A stretch of 63,892 nucleotides of DNA, counting the filler, from Aduncisulcus paluster (Eukaryota), in assembly GCA_024181965.1 (NCBI GenBank). It is 6 parts of 6 records of this genome, joined end to end, with 100 filler letters (N's around TTAATTAATTAA, not from the genome) between each part and the next. Parts side by side here need not be neighbours in the genome. Positions count along the whole stretch, not along the records: positions 8,931 to 17,825 come from BQXS01010971.1; positions 17,926 to 24,589 come from BQXS01010972.1; 4 more parts are not named here. One strand, 5' to 3'. Made by a program: the position numbers and the translations under genes. Positions 10,500 to 22,036 of this stretch are shown in pieces. Position 1 is the stretch's first letter. Each line of letters opens with the position of its first letter. The notes beneath the pieces are model-generated. The model did not search any database, had not been told where the DNA came from, and was given only the letters and a program-made list of their open reading frames with translations.

Positions 10500-12813
10500 A
10501 TGACATCTTCTTTTCTAAAAACCAAAGCTTTATTGCAAAAAATAGCACCAGATCCCGCTATTGGAGGTCCAAAGGTATGCATTCTTATTTTCGAATTTTT
10601 TACAATAATTTGTAACATTTTTTTAACTTTTATAATTAAATTTGTTTTATTATTTGCATTGATATTAAAATTAATCATAAATATTTTTTAACACAAAGCC
10701 GGAAACCATGATTCACTCTTGGAAATCAAATCCTCATCATAATTTGCTCCATTTAGCTGGTAGAAATAGAATATACGCCTTTCGGCCTGATTTAGATGAA
10801 GAACATGGAAAAAGAGTGGCCCAACGCAAGAAAAAAGAAGAAAAGGCTGAAATTGAAAAAAGACAACGTTTGTTAGCAAATCGAGCTGTATTACGTGAAA
10901 AACTACATAAAAAACGAGAATCTCGTGTAAATCTAGAAGTATCTATTGGCACTCCGCGTACTCTTAGAGCATACCGACTTGCTTCACAAGGTAACTCCAG
11001 GACTGCTGTACGGTGCAAACCAAGCATCCCACCTCGAGCTTTCACGGCCCCATTAGGTCCTATAAATAGAACAAAATCATCAAGGGATGTATCGACCGAT
11101 GATACTCGTGATTCTCACCGAGACGATAGACTACCACTGACTGTCGGTCATGACCATCAAGGATACGAGTACATTGAAGAAGACGGTCGGATGGTTGGCA
11201 TGTATGAGCAAGATAACAGAACGATGGCCACAACGATGGCCGGGAGAACTGATGGAGCTGGTAATGATTATGATGAGGGATTTGAAGAAGATGAAGGGGA
11301 GGAGATGAGAAAGTTACGTGCATCTAAATATAGATATGATTCTCGGTCTCGTCTATTCTCAGCCTCCTCCGATGGTTCTTCCTCTCCCTCACACCGATCT
11401 ACAGGCGGTTCGGCAAGAGCTCGGATGGAGAGAACTGGTGAACAAGGAAGTGGCCTTGCACACAGAACAACAGATCAACAACATCAATATGGTTCCTCTT
11501 CCTCCTCTTCCTCCTCTTCCTCCGCTTCTATTCATTCATCTGCTTATCCAACCATTCAGCTGGAACCTTCTCCTTATGAAATTGAGCTCGAATTACGTCA
11601 ATTAAAGCGAGCTGCTGAGTATGAACGTCAAGATAGGGTTAGAGAATCTTTACGTGGAGATTTCTACCACCGCCAAGCCCTGCGTGCAATGCTATCCCAG
11701 AAGGCAGGTCAAGGCTTGACGCAAGAGGAAGAGAAACAGGTCGTCAAGTTCCTAGATTTCACTCATCGAGTTGATATGAGACCATTAACGACAGGATCAA
11801 TGGTGGAATCTCCAACAGCCACCACTGGAACTCTTGGAGATGTTATTAAATACCCATCGAAATCAATGAATTATAGCCATTCTCTTGGTAATAATGCAAT
11901 TGGGAGCATTGGTATTGGAAGTTGTGATGTTGGTGGTGATAGATCTTGTCGAACAACAGATCAGCAACATCATCACAAACCATCATCAAATACTTCATAT
12001 ATCGCTTCAACTTTAACTTCTACAGCTCCAGCTCCAGCCGTAGGAAGTCCAAAAGAAGGAGGAAGAAGAATGGGGAGTGGACTTTCTCAAACCTATTCTG
12101 GGACAGTACCAGTGATTACGAGAACATCACCAAGAACTGGGAGTATGCACGGACAGAGAGGTGCAGCAGGAGCAGGAGGAGGAGCAGGAGGGGGAGGAGT
12201 TAGTGCCCAAAGACTTTCTCAAGGTGATCTATTTTTAGCTAGAGGAAATAGTAATGGCGGTAATGGTAGAGGAATTGTCGTTGAGGAGGACCTGGAAGGA
12301 GGTTTGGAGAGAGATGCAGCTCTTGAACATGAAGATAGTGCTTTACATTCAACGTCAGCTTTGTCAAGAGGTATTGAGAAACTATTTTCTGCCAAGATTC
12401 CTCCAGATCCAACTTCAATCAAATGCGCTCCTATTCGTAATCGTACCCCTCAATATGGACAAGTGAGAAAGAACGCTAAAATTATCGTTGAACGGCGCAG
12501 CCGGGGCGATCTACCTTGTTCAGCCGGCAGATCTATTCAAAGCCGGCGGCATGCAAGAGCTTGTTATGGACATGTTATTTCAGAATGGGGTGAGAAAAAA
12601 GAGAAAGAAAAGGCCAGAAAAAGCGAGGAGATGATGAAATTGGCCAAGATTGAGCAAGAAAGAAGGAGAAAATATTTAATGGAGAAAGAAGAAAGTGAAA
12701 GAGAATTGAAAGAAAGTATTAAAGAATTTGAAGATAGACTGATGTTACGAAGGATAAATGATGGTGCCAGACTCGATTATGAAGGTGTTTCTGGCATTGG
12801 AACTGATTTATAA
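10500..12813 (+). CDS. Two-exon hypothetical low-complexity/coiled-coil protein (exons 10500-10574, 10699-12813)
   Basis: 701-aa ORF extended by exon MTSSFLKTKALLQKIAPDPAIGGPK through a phase-0 GTATGC...TTTAACACAAAG intron. Confidence 0.75.
10575..10698 (+). other. Spliceosomal intron (124 nt)
   Basis: GTATGC donor, AT-rich body, 3' end TTTAACACAAAG; splicing keeps the frame. Confidence 0.7.
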
Positions 12814-13439
12814 AGATAGTGTCAAGATGATTGTTTTTTATATTTTGCAGACAAAAGTTCAGTTACACAATGCGGAATTTAGTTGAATTAATTCTAATTT
12901 ACTATATATGTAGGTCTAATTATCGATATTAATACCTTTCTCATAGTTTATTATTATTATTATTGTTATTTTAATTCAAATATTTTAAATTTTTTTTTTT
13001 TTTTTTTTTTTTCGAGAATCGTCTTTTCTTTTTCTTGGTTGAGATGAATTTGAAGGATAAGTTAGAGAGAGAAAGAAGGATGAAGAATGGTTTGTGTGTT
13101 CGTTTAAAAGCGCTTTTGATGTCTTCTTTCTTCTTTTTCTACGTCATTTTTGCACTGTACTAAAACAATGATAGATTTTGAACCCTTGCAGGACTTTTTC
13201 CTTTTTGTCGGGGTTTTGATCTTGTTATATGTCATTTTTATAGTATTTTTTCATTATCATTGTATTTATAAAATAAATCAATTGTTTAGTTGCCAAATTA
13301 TACTCATTCTTACAAATTTTTTAGAAAATCTGCTTTTGGTCAAGAATAAGAAAATATTTTCATATCATAGTATACATTTTAAATATATAATCTAATATAG
13401 ACACGATATCATCCATAACTTATTCAATATATATCAAAT

Positions 13440-14906
13440 ATGAATGCTAAAGAACGATTGTTTAAACAATTCTTAGAAACAACAATGAAAGACTATTTCG
13501 TTCCATTTGATAGTTTGCCAGTTTCCGAACGAATATTCTTATTCAAAAATTTTTGTGCAAAAAAGATTCAGCACGTATATAGGGATAAAAAAGAATTTGA
13601 GCTCGATAAAAAGAAGCAGGAGGCAGCCAAAAAGATTTTAAAGTGTTGGCGAAACTTTTCTGATCGTAGATTATTTCTTTATTACCGTGATTTGATTAAA
13701 CTTGCTGCAGAAGGAGATGCTGCTGGAGTTTTGAAGACTATTAACCCCGTTGAAGCCGGCTTAATTGACCAAGCCATTGACGCCGAGGTTATGTTTCGGC
13801 TTGCGGGACCAACTTTTCCCCCGACATTAGTATATAAAATAATATTTCATAATCCTCATACAGATCTTTGCCTGCTTGCTCCCAGAGATTATTATGGTGA
13901 GAAAAAACGGCAATTGCAAAAAGATCGTGAAGAAGAACAACATTTGAAAGAATATGCGCATTCAAGAACAGCTACTTTAAAAAAGGGATTTAAAAGAGCT
14001 TCGATTGAGAATGCACTAATCGAACATGGAGTTTTCCCACCTCCTCCAACATATAAAAAATCAACAATATCATCATCTGGCACTGGCAAGAAGTCTCTGA
14101 CATATTCCTCAACAATGCCAAGACTTCATGAAGGAGATGAGTATGTTGTTACCATGCTCGGTGCAGATGGGAATGTTTCTCACGCCGCAGTTTACTCAGA
14201 AGGAGCATCAGAGCCTTTATTATGGTACCAAGGGGATGTTAGTAATAAGTGGAGAGAAGTGGCAACAGGAGAAATACTTGGAAATTATCTAATCCGGAAT
14301 AGGAAAAGAATATCTCAAAAGGGCATATCTGCCACCGAATTAAGGACTCTTTCTCATTCTATTTATAGAAAAACATTTGATCCAAAGACATCTGGGTACG
14401 AATATCAAGGAAGTTTATCAATGGAAGGAAGAGCTCGAGCAATGTTGAAGAAACGTAGATCTCGTCAAAGAAAGTGGATTGGAGCATTCAAAAAGCTCAA
14501 AATAGCTGAACAAAAGGTTGATGAAGAAGGATCAAAGTTAATCGATTGGTCAGAGTCTTTAGATTTCATGAATTATGTAAAAGAATGGGAATCGATGGCT
14601 TCTTTCAGTATTCAGAAATCGCCGGCAAAATTCAAGGAAATTAGAATGGCCGATGATTTGGGATACACTTCGTCGAATAGACAAGAAGAAATGCTAGATA
14701 AAATAGGAGCTGAGCTTGATGAGGAAGAAAGAATGGATAGAGAGCTTAAATTAAAGAAACAACGAGAAATAGAAAGAGATATTGAACGTGATAAACAGGA
14801 GCAAGAGCTTCGGGGGGAGTATGTTATTCCTTTAAGAGGTGTAGAAATATTAAAAAGTCGAGAACATGTAGGGCGAGTATTAGGAGACGAAAAGTTATTT
14901 GAATAA
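13440..14906 (+). CDS. C11orf65/MFI-like protein with IQ-like motifs
   Basis: AAKKILKCWR..., INPVEAGLIDQA...FRLAGPTFPPTLVYKI..H...DLC..APRDY and LIDWSESLDFMNYVKEW match the conserved blocks of human C11orf65 (INPKEAELLDAA..FRLGGVKFPPDIYYKIFTH; WTNTLNFDEYIASW). Confidence 0.8.
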   Translation: MNAKERLFKQFLETTMKDYFVPFDSLPVSERIFLFKNFCAKKIQHVYRDKKEFELDKKKQEAAKKILKCWRNFSDRRLFLYYRDLIKLAAEGDAAGVLKTINPVEAGLIDQAIDAEVMFRLAGPTFPPTLVYKIIFHNPHTDLCLLAPRDYYGEKKRQLQKDREEEQHLKEYAHSRTATLKKGFKRASIENALIEHGVFPPPPTYKKSTISSSGTGKKSLTYSSTMPRLHEGDEYVVTMLGADGNVSHAAVYSEGASEPLLWYQGDVSNKWREVATGEILGNYLIRNRKRISQKGISATELRTLSHSIYRKTFDPKTSGYEYQGSLSMEGRARAMLKKRRSRQRKWIGAFKKLKIAEQKVDEEGSKLIDWSESLDFMNYVKEWESMASFSIQKSPAKFKEIRMADDLGYTSSNRQEEMLDKIGAELDEEERMDRELKLKKQREIERDIERDKQEQELRGEYVIPLRGVEILKSREHVGRVLGDEKLFE

Positions 14907-15177
14907 CATAATCAATGATATATGGTAGAGTAAAATAAATTTTACGTCTATAATATTGATTTAATTTATTATTTAAGAAAATAGAAATTTGCAATCTGTT
15001 TTGGCAAGATAGAGTTTTACTAATCATTTTAGTATACCTTAAAAATAGTTTAAATAACTTAAATACTGGAATATTAATAATTACTACCATATTTATTTGA
15101 CATTTCTCAATATAGAGTTATCAACCGTTTTTTATCAATTTTAATAGGATTCATAAAATTATACAAGAAGTAATAAT

Positions 15178-17825
15178 ATGTTTCACGATGTATGTGTATC
15201 CATTTTATCTATTGCAACTGCGTATTATCGTTATTTCATCATCTATACCAACTAATCATTTTTTCCCTGTCAATTCTTCCGATATATTAAAACAAATCAA
15301 AAACACAAATAATTATCCAAAAATAGTCAACTCAATCTCCTTCAAAATCTAAACCCCCCGAAACATTTGCAGAAGAAGCCTTTTTTAGTGGTTTTTCTCG
15401 ACAAGCCAGTGCCGGTGGACATGTTTCTTCCCCGGCTGGCCGTTATCGATTCGATTCCTTGACCATTGAAGAAAGAGAACGCCGTCAAAAAGAGGAAGAT
15501 GCAAGAAATGAACAGAAAAGAGTTCTCGAAGCNNNNNNNNNNNNNNNNNNNNCAATCTCCTTCAAAATCTAAACCCCCCGAAACATTTGCAGAAGAAGCC
15601 TTTTTTAGTGGTTTTTCTCGACAAGCCAGTGCCGGTGGACATGTTTCTTCCCCGGCTGGCCGTTATCGATTCGATTCCTTGACCATTGAAGAAAGAGAAC
15701 GCCGTCAAAAAGAGGAAGATGCAAGAAATGAACAGAAAAGAGTTCTCGAAGCTCAAGTCAGAGAAAATCAACGAAGAAAAGAAGAACAAAAGCGAAAATT
15801 GGAGGAAGAAGAACGGTTAGCAGAAGAAAAATATCAGAAACAATTAGAGAAAATAAGGAAACGTGAGGAAGCAGTGAAACAAAGAGAAGCCATGAAAAAA
15901 ATGTCAGTTGAAGAACGTGAAAAGATGTATCTTAAAATAATGGAAGATCAACGACTTGAGAAAGAAAGAGAGTCTAAAAATAGACATCATAAACGAGGCT
16001 CTAATAGCGATATTACTGTTGCTTCATCATCAGCTGCATCGGTTCCTAAAGCCAGTATCCAATCTCTATCATCCAAACCTTCTCATTCTTCCCGGTTACA
16101 GCCGATGGGTGCCGGTTTACGTGAAGGAGAAGAGGATGAGGGTGGGTTTGAAGATGATGGGGATTTTTTTCAACAAGAGGAAGAGTATTTTGAATCTGCA
16201 CCATCAGCACTTCCAAAAAGAAGACCAGGAGTAACACAACCTCAAATTCAATCAAGAGGAAGAGGGAGAGGAAGAGGGAGAGGGAGAGGAGGAGGAGGAG
16301 GAAGAGGACCTGGAATGGGAGTTCGAACAGGAGGAATCAGTGGTAGTTCCAGTGGATATGGAAAGATAAGAGTTGGATCAAATTCAACGTCAATATCTGC
16401 AAGGGTTACAGGTAGTCATAGTCATCGAATTCCTATGGGATCTTCAAGTTCAAGGCATTCATCAAGTGCATCTGGAATAAGTCGAGATATACAGCTAAAA
16501 CGAATGCATTCAGAGCTTGCTGAGGAGCTTAAATCCATGAGAAAAGAGTTTTTGAAGAGAGAACGTGATTTAGATCGTAGAATGAGAGAAAAAGATAAAG
16601 AATTAGAGTCGATTCGTTCAGTGTTAAGGAAAGAATATGAAAAAAGAGAGAAAGAGAGAGAAAGAGAATGGAAAAGGAAAGAAGAAGAAATGTTAATACA
16701 GATTAAAGATTTGAAACGAACAAACATAGGTATCAAGAATGAACTTGAAAGGGAAAAGAAAGAAAGAGAGATTGAAAGGAGACGTTGGGAAAAAGAGAAA
16801 GAAACATTAAATTCAAAAATAGTTTCCTTATCTTCCTCCTCCTCCTCTTCTTCTTCTTCTTCTTCCTCCTCTTCTTCTTCTTCTTCTGCGTCTTTGAAAG
16901 CTGTTGGAATTAAGAAGAGTGGTGGTCTTTCTTATGGCAAATCCACAAAACCTATTCATTCGGTTGGTTATAGTGGTGGTGGTAATAGACCACGAAGTAA
17001 CAGGGGCAGACCCCTACCTTCCATATCTTCTTCTTCTTCTTCTTCTCAAAAATCTATAAATAGAACTCAACAACAACAAGGTCCTATCTCTGTAGATGTT
17101 GCTTCTAAGATTGCGACAGGAAAGGTTGATGTCAGCATCGTATGTCCTCCATCAAGTATGCCACAATCAGATAAAAGTTCTAAAAATAGAAGTTCTAAAA
17201 ATAGACCTTTGGGGAAGTCGAAAAGAATAATTGAACCAAAATCACAAAGGGGAACGTTGGAAGGAGAAGAAGAAAGAGGAGAAGAAGAGGAACATACTCA
17301 ATCGGTTATACAATCTATTATTAGACCAGTGAGAAACTCAAAGAAGAAGAAACCCTTAACTGTGAACAAGAATTCTTATTCAAATATTGGTTGGCAAGCT
17401 GGCTCCCTGATGTTTACGCAAGGAGAAGAAGAAAGAGGAGAAAGAGAAGAAGAAGAAATTGAAGAAGAAGAAGAAGAAATTGAAGAAGAAGAAGAGAGAG
17501 AGAGAGAAAGAGAAGGAAGGAGAAAGATGATCAAACCTTCATTCGCGGGTTCTTCTACTTCTTCTTCTCAACAATCTATTAATAGAACTGTTCCTGTTGA
17601 AAGTATGATAATACCCGTCAAACAACAAGAACGACATGATGATTTATTTGCACCTCACAAAGAAGAAGAAGGAGAGGATCATCAAATGGTTTCCAATGTT
17701 ATTGCATCTGCTGAACATGAACAAATAGATATCATTGGTCAAATATTAGCAGCAAACGAAGAGGAAGAAGGAGAGGGAAATGAAATACTTCGGCATGCTC
17801 AAAGCATCATTGATAAATTTGGAGG
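15178..17825 (+). CDS. Coiled-coil/low-complexity protein (weakly CCDC66/CSPP1-like charged helix), 3'-truncated
   Basis: Exon ATGTTTCACGAT, intron 15190-15326 (GTATGT..AATAG, phase 0), then an open frame once the 200-bp gap duplication (15333-15532 = 15553-15752) is collapsed. Contains QKRVLEAQVRENQRRKEEQKRKLEEEERLAEE, RG repeats and poly-Ser. Confidence 0.7.
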
Positions 17826-17925
17826 NNNNNNNNNNNNNNNNNNNNNNNNNNNNNNNNNNNNNNNNNNNNTTAATTAATTAANNNNNNNNNNNNNNNNNNN
17901 NNNNNNNNNNNNNNNNNNNNNNNNN
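17826..17925. other. Artificial contig linker
   Basis: N44-TTAATTAATTAA-N44. Confidence 0.97.
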
Positions 17926-20900
17926 GAATCATCATCTGAAATTGAAGAAACAGTCCCATAGTTGGGTTCTGATATATCGGATATCACGATAGAGTTCTCA
18001 CTGGACACAAAAGAGAGAGGGTAGAGAAGCAAAGATTCATCCAGATCGATGGAATATGAAGGGTACTCGATTTGAACAATGGGTTCAATCACTCGAAGGG
18101 TAATAGGAAACACTGAAACATTGCCAATGAGACACACAGAGAAGTCAATAGCAGAGGGAGAGTACATTGAAATGGATCGCAAGCACGATTCAATATGATT
18201 GACATTGCCAGAGAGAAGATGAGTGGAGTCCGAGGGGGAGCAATCAGATGGGAAGGTAAAGTATTCAAGGAACTCATCCTCATCGATCAAATACTCCAAA
18301 GCTGCATCATCACATGCAGAAATTCCGAGATTTTCAGCATCGCTGCTAAAAATGGCATTCATTGAGAAAGTACATGATAGTTCATCTAATCCGGTTATCT
18401 CTATTTCTGTGTCTACGAATGGACATTCACTTTCGTTCACGATAATGCTGATGTCCGTGTCAATACCAGTGAAAGTTGTGATAGTTTCGACAGGAATTAG
18501 GGTTGTAGTATACGTATGGGAAGAGGATTCTTCATTGGTATGTCTGATGACAGCAGTTAAACTGGATGTATTGTTATACATGACCCTCACTTCTAAGCTG
18601 TCAATGCATTCCCTCAGGGATGCCACATCGTCTGTCTGAATATACACTGTAGATTCAGGATCTGATGAGGTTCCACAGCTCTTTCTCATATCGGTGTCCT
18701 GAATAACAAGGGAGCAGTCTGAACAGGTGGCAGCAAATGAGATTGGAGCATCATTGTCTGTTGAAAGGACGGAGATATTATTCAAGAAAGGATAGTAAGA
18801 GTTTGTTATTGTATACGTAATATCGGTGAGTCCAACAATATCACACGCAGGGACCTCAAGCGAGAAGTACATGGATGTAATATCAGTTAAAGCAAGATCT
18901 CGAATAAATATATTCTGTTCGTTAGTTAATCCCACCCTCAATTTCCCAAAGAACATGTCAACGTTGAGATCGTTGTAGGAAGATGACCAAGAAGAATCAT
19001 GCAAATCTATTAGCAAGTTTCCTTCATTCCAATCTCCTTGAAGTCGCTCAAGAATCGTTGTATGTCCATTAACAGGCTGAGAAACGATAGAACATGCTCC
19101 ATACCCACAGTAAATATCAGTAATCCCATTCACAGGAGCGCTCGTGTCCAATATAACACGTCCAATCTCACTGGAATATGTCCCCAGACTTGAGTATTCA
19201 TCATTGGGAGTCACAGAATAGACAGTGGATGGTGATGAATTGACGTATATGTCCGTTGAATAACCATTGGATGAAATAATGTTTCCCTTTTTCGAGGGAA
19301 TAGTTTCGATTGAGGAACTTCCAGAAGCTAGTGAAGAGAATTTGAGGGGAATAATATCTCCACCATCATTCCGCTCTCCACAAACGACCCCAATGTAGTG
19401 ATAACAAACACAGAAGAGCATATGTTCCTGTGAGGAAGAGATGGATTCAGTGTGACTATTGGGATATATGTGTGACATTGTCGGCAAAAGAGTTGCACCA
19501 ATATCGAATGTGGAGAAAGGGGGATCGAACACAAAGGAGGGACCCAAAGGGAGGAATCCAGAGTTGTCAAACGATGTAATTTCCAAGGTGGATATATTAG
19601 AACTATCCGATGAGGCATTTGAAAACATGGAAGTGTGAACTTTCACGGGTTCTGCGTTATCTGGTGAATTGCATGAATAAGCAACGAATAAAGAATCCTT
19701 GACGAGCTCAAGGGCCATCGAGGGACTGCTTGAAAACCGTAATATAGGATTATCATCTCGATCCCACCCAATGAAAGGGCAAGTATCGAGTAATATGAGA
19801 GGACAATCCTCAGAAGCATCCTCAGAATCCTCTCCCCAGATCTGAAGGAGAGATATCGACACCACGGAAGCATTGGTATCCCATGATAGAATACTGGCAT
19901 AACCAATACCCTCGCTAGCTGTCGTGGAGACCGAGAAAGGCAAGGATCCATCAAAACAGTCAGATGAAGTGTATGAGTGAATATCTTTGATTGTAACGAT
20001 ACTGCTCGAGTCTTGAGTCCATAGAATTGTGTCAAAGCTCACCTTATATAAGTCTGTTCCTTCGTTTCCAACAGTAACAACGTGGACAGAAATCATATCA
20101 TTTGTCTGGGAAGCATTACCCTTCATTATAAACTGAGCATGATGAGCATTCTCTGTAATAACGTTGCAATAATCATTTGAAATATTTGAATAACTTGAAG
20201 TTCCGTGGAATTGACATATAACGATTGGGGTTGAGATACCATCGTCCAATGATGATGATGAACCACTAGAGTCGGAAGACTCGGAGTATGATTCATACAA
20301 GGGGCGAGTCCGAGCAAGATATACATCATCGATCCAGAGCACTCTCTCTTCGTCGGTCATGTCAGAAGTTACACTATAATTGTCTAAATCTTCATTGGAG
20401 GGGAGCAACTGGAACAGTATTAGATGGCTTGGCTTTCCATCATCAGCACACATACTGTACGAGTCAATGATCACGGCTCTCGATGTGTCGAAACCATCTG
20501 TGGTACACTCGATAGAATATGAATAAAATGATATATCTTCGTCATCATCCCATATAATTGAAGCTATAGATGATATAGAAGATGAGGAATCTTCTAAAAG
20601 TGAGAAAAATACCAATAAAGAGGTGTCGTACCCAGCTACCATGAGGGGAGGAGAAAGGAGATTCTGAGAGGACGAAGAAGTCGAACTCAGTGTGTCACAT
20701 AGCTTCTCTTCGAGTTCCATTCCATCAGATATCATGCATATGCTCAAATACATGGTGCCTGATGAAGAGTCAATCGACACGACAGTTGCCCAGAGAAGAG
20801 ATGAAGAATAGAGCATGGAAACACTGAGGGTATGAAGACCATCAAGAAGATCTCCAAACGAAAGGACAAAAACTTCATCAATGGGCTGGTGTGCAGGTAA

Positions 20901-21635
20901 AACAAATGTGTTAAACTGACTCAAATCATCGGATTCAGAAGAACGGATAGAATTAACCATTATACTTGGAGAATATCCACTTTCTGTACTCCCTTGACCA
21001 TTTGGATACATAATATACGCATCATCAACAATTTCAAATGTGGAGGATTCTGATATAAATAGTTGAGAGTTTGAAAGAACGTCAAACCCTTCAGACCCCA
21101 AAGAATCGGGATATATTGCTCCGTGTGATAGCAATATATCATTGTAATATATTGCAGAAAGGTGTGACGGGGCAATGGATACCACTCCACTCTTGGAAGT
21201 AACAATAATTGAACTTGTATCAATGGAAAAAATTGTAGAATATGATTCTTGGGTATGATTGGAAAAATTAGCATAAAACGATATATTAAGATCAATTTGT
21301 CGGATGTTTTGAAGTCCAACCAATAAATAACGAATAAGATATAACTGAGTAGGAGAAAAAGAGATAGATACTGAATTAGATGAAGTTTCTCCTTCTAAAA
21401 TAGAGGGAAAATCTTCTAACTCTTCAATTGAATCAGAAAAATAAAAGGTTGGAGTCAAATTGCTTGGATAAGAGATAAAAATGTCCAATTGGGTAATATT
21501 ACCATATGATAAAGGTGGCGAAACATAAGCCTGAGGAAATAGATGTAATTGTTGAGGATCAATAGAACTTTGATTTTTAAATGTCAGATACCAAAAACCA
21601 ATGAAGAACAAGCAGGAACATATGCATCTTTCCAT
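17926..21635 (-). CDS. Large acidic Ser/Thr-rich secreted or surface protein, 3'-truncated
   Basis: >1,230-aa ORF with a hydrophobic N-terminus (CICSCLFFIGFWYLTF), beta-strand-rich composition, many N-x-S/T sequons and scattered Cys. No family recognised. Confidence 0.7.
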
Positions 21636-22036
21636 GAAATTGTATTGTATTTTAAAATAAGATAAATTTAAAGTGTAAATAAAATATAATCAAATATTTC
21701 AGTCAAATTTCCGTCATAAATATTCTGCAAAGGAAGAAAAAATAATTTCAAAAAGTGAAATGATGAGATATTGGCTTAAAAATTATTTAACCAAAACAAC
21801 GTTATTTAATATAACGTCAGGGGAGAATTTATTCAAAGTAATTAAGTTAAAAGTTATCAAATGAGTGGATAATTCCATAGCCCGTAATATGGTAATATTG
21901 GAGAAAATAATTAAGCTCTATGCTCTAAAAATGAATAAATAATATAAATGTTGCAAATAGAGTCGATTTTGTGGAGAAATCAGTGATCATCATCGAGATA
22001 TTAATTGTTGTTCACAACTTGAAAAAGCACGAGTCA

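Noticed and set aside
15333-15752. 200-bp direct repeat
   Set aside because: Identical copies flank a 20-N gap, a scaffolding overlap artefact. The same applies to 31529-31864 and 33571-34200.
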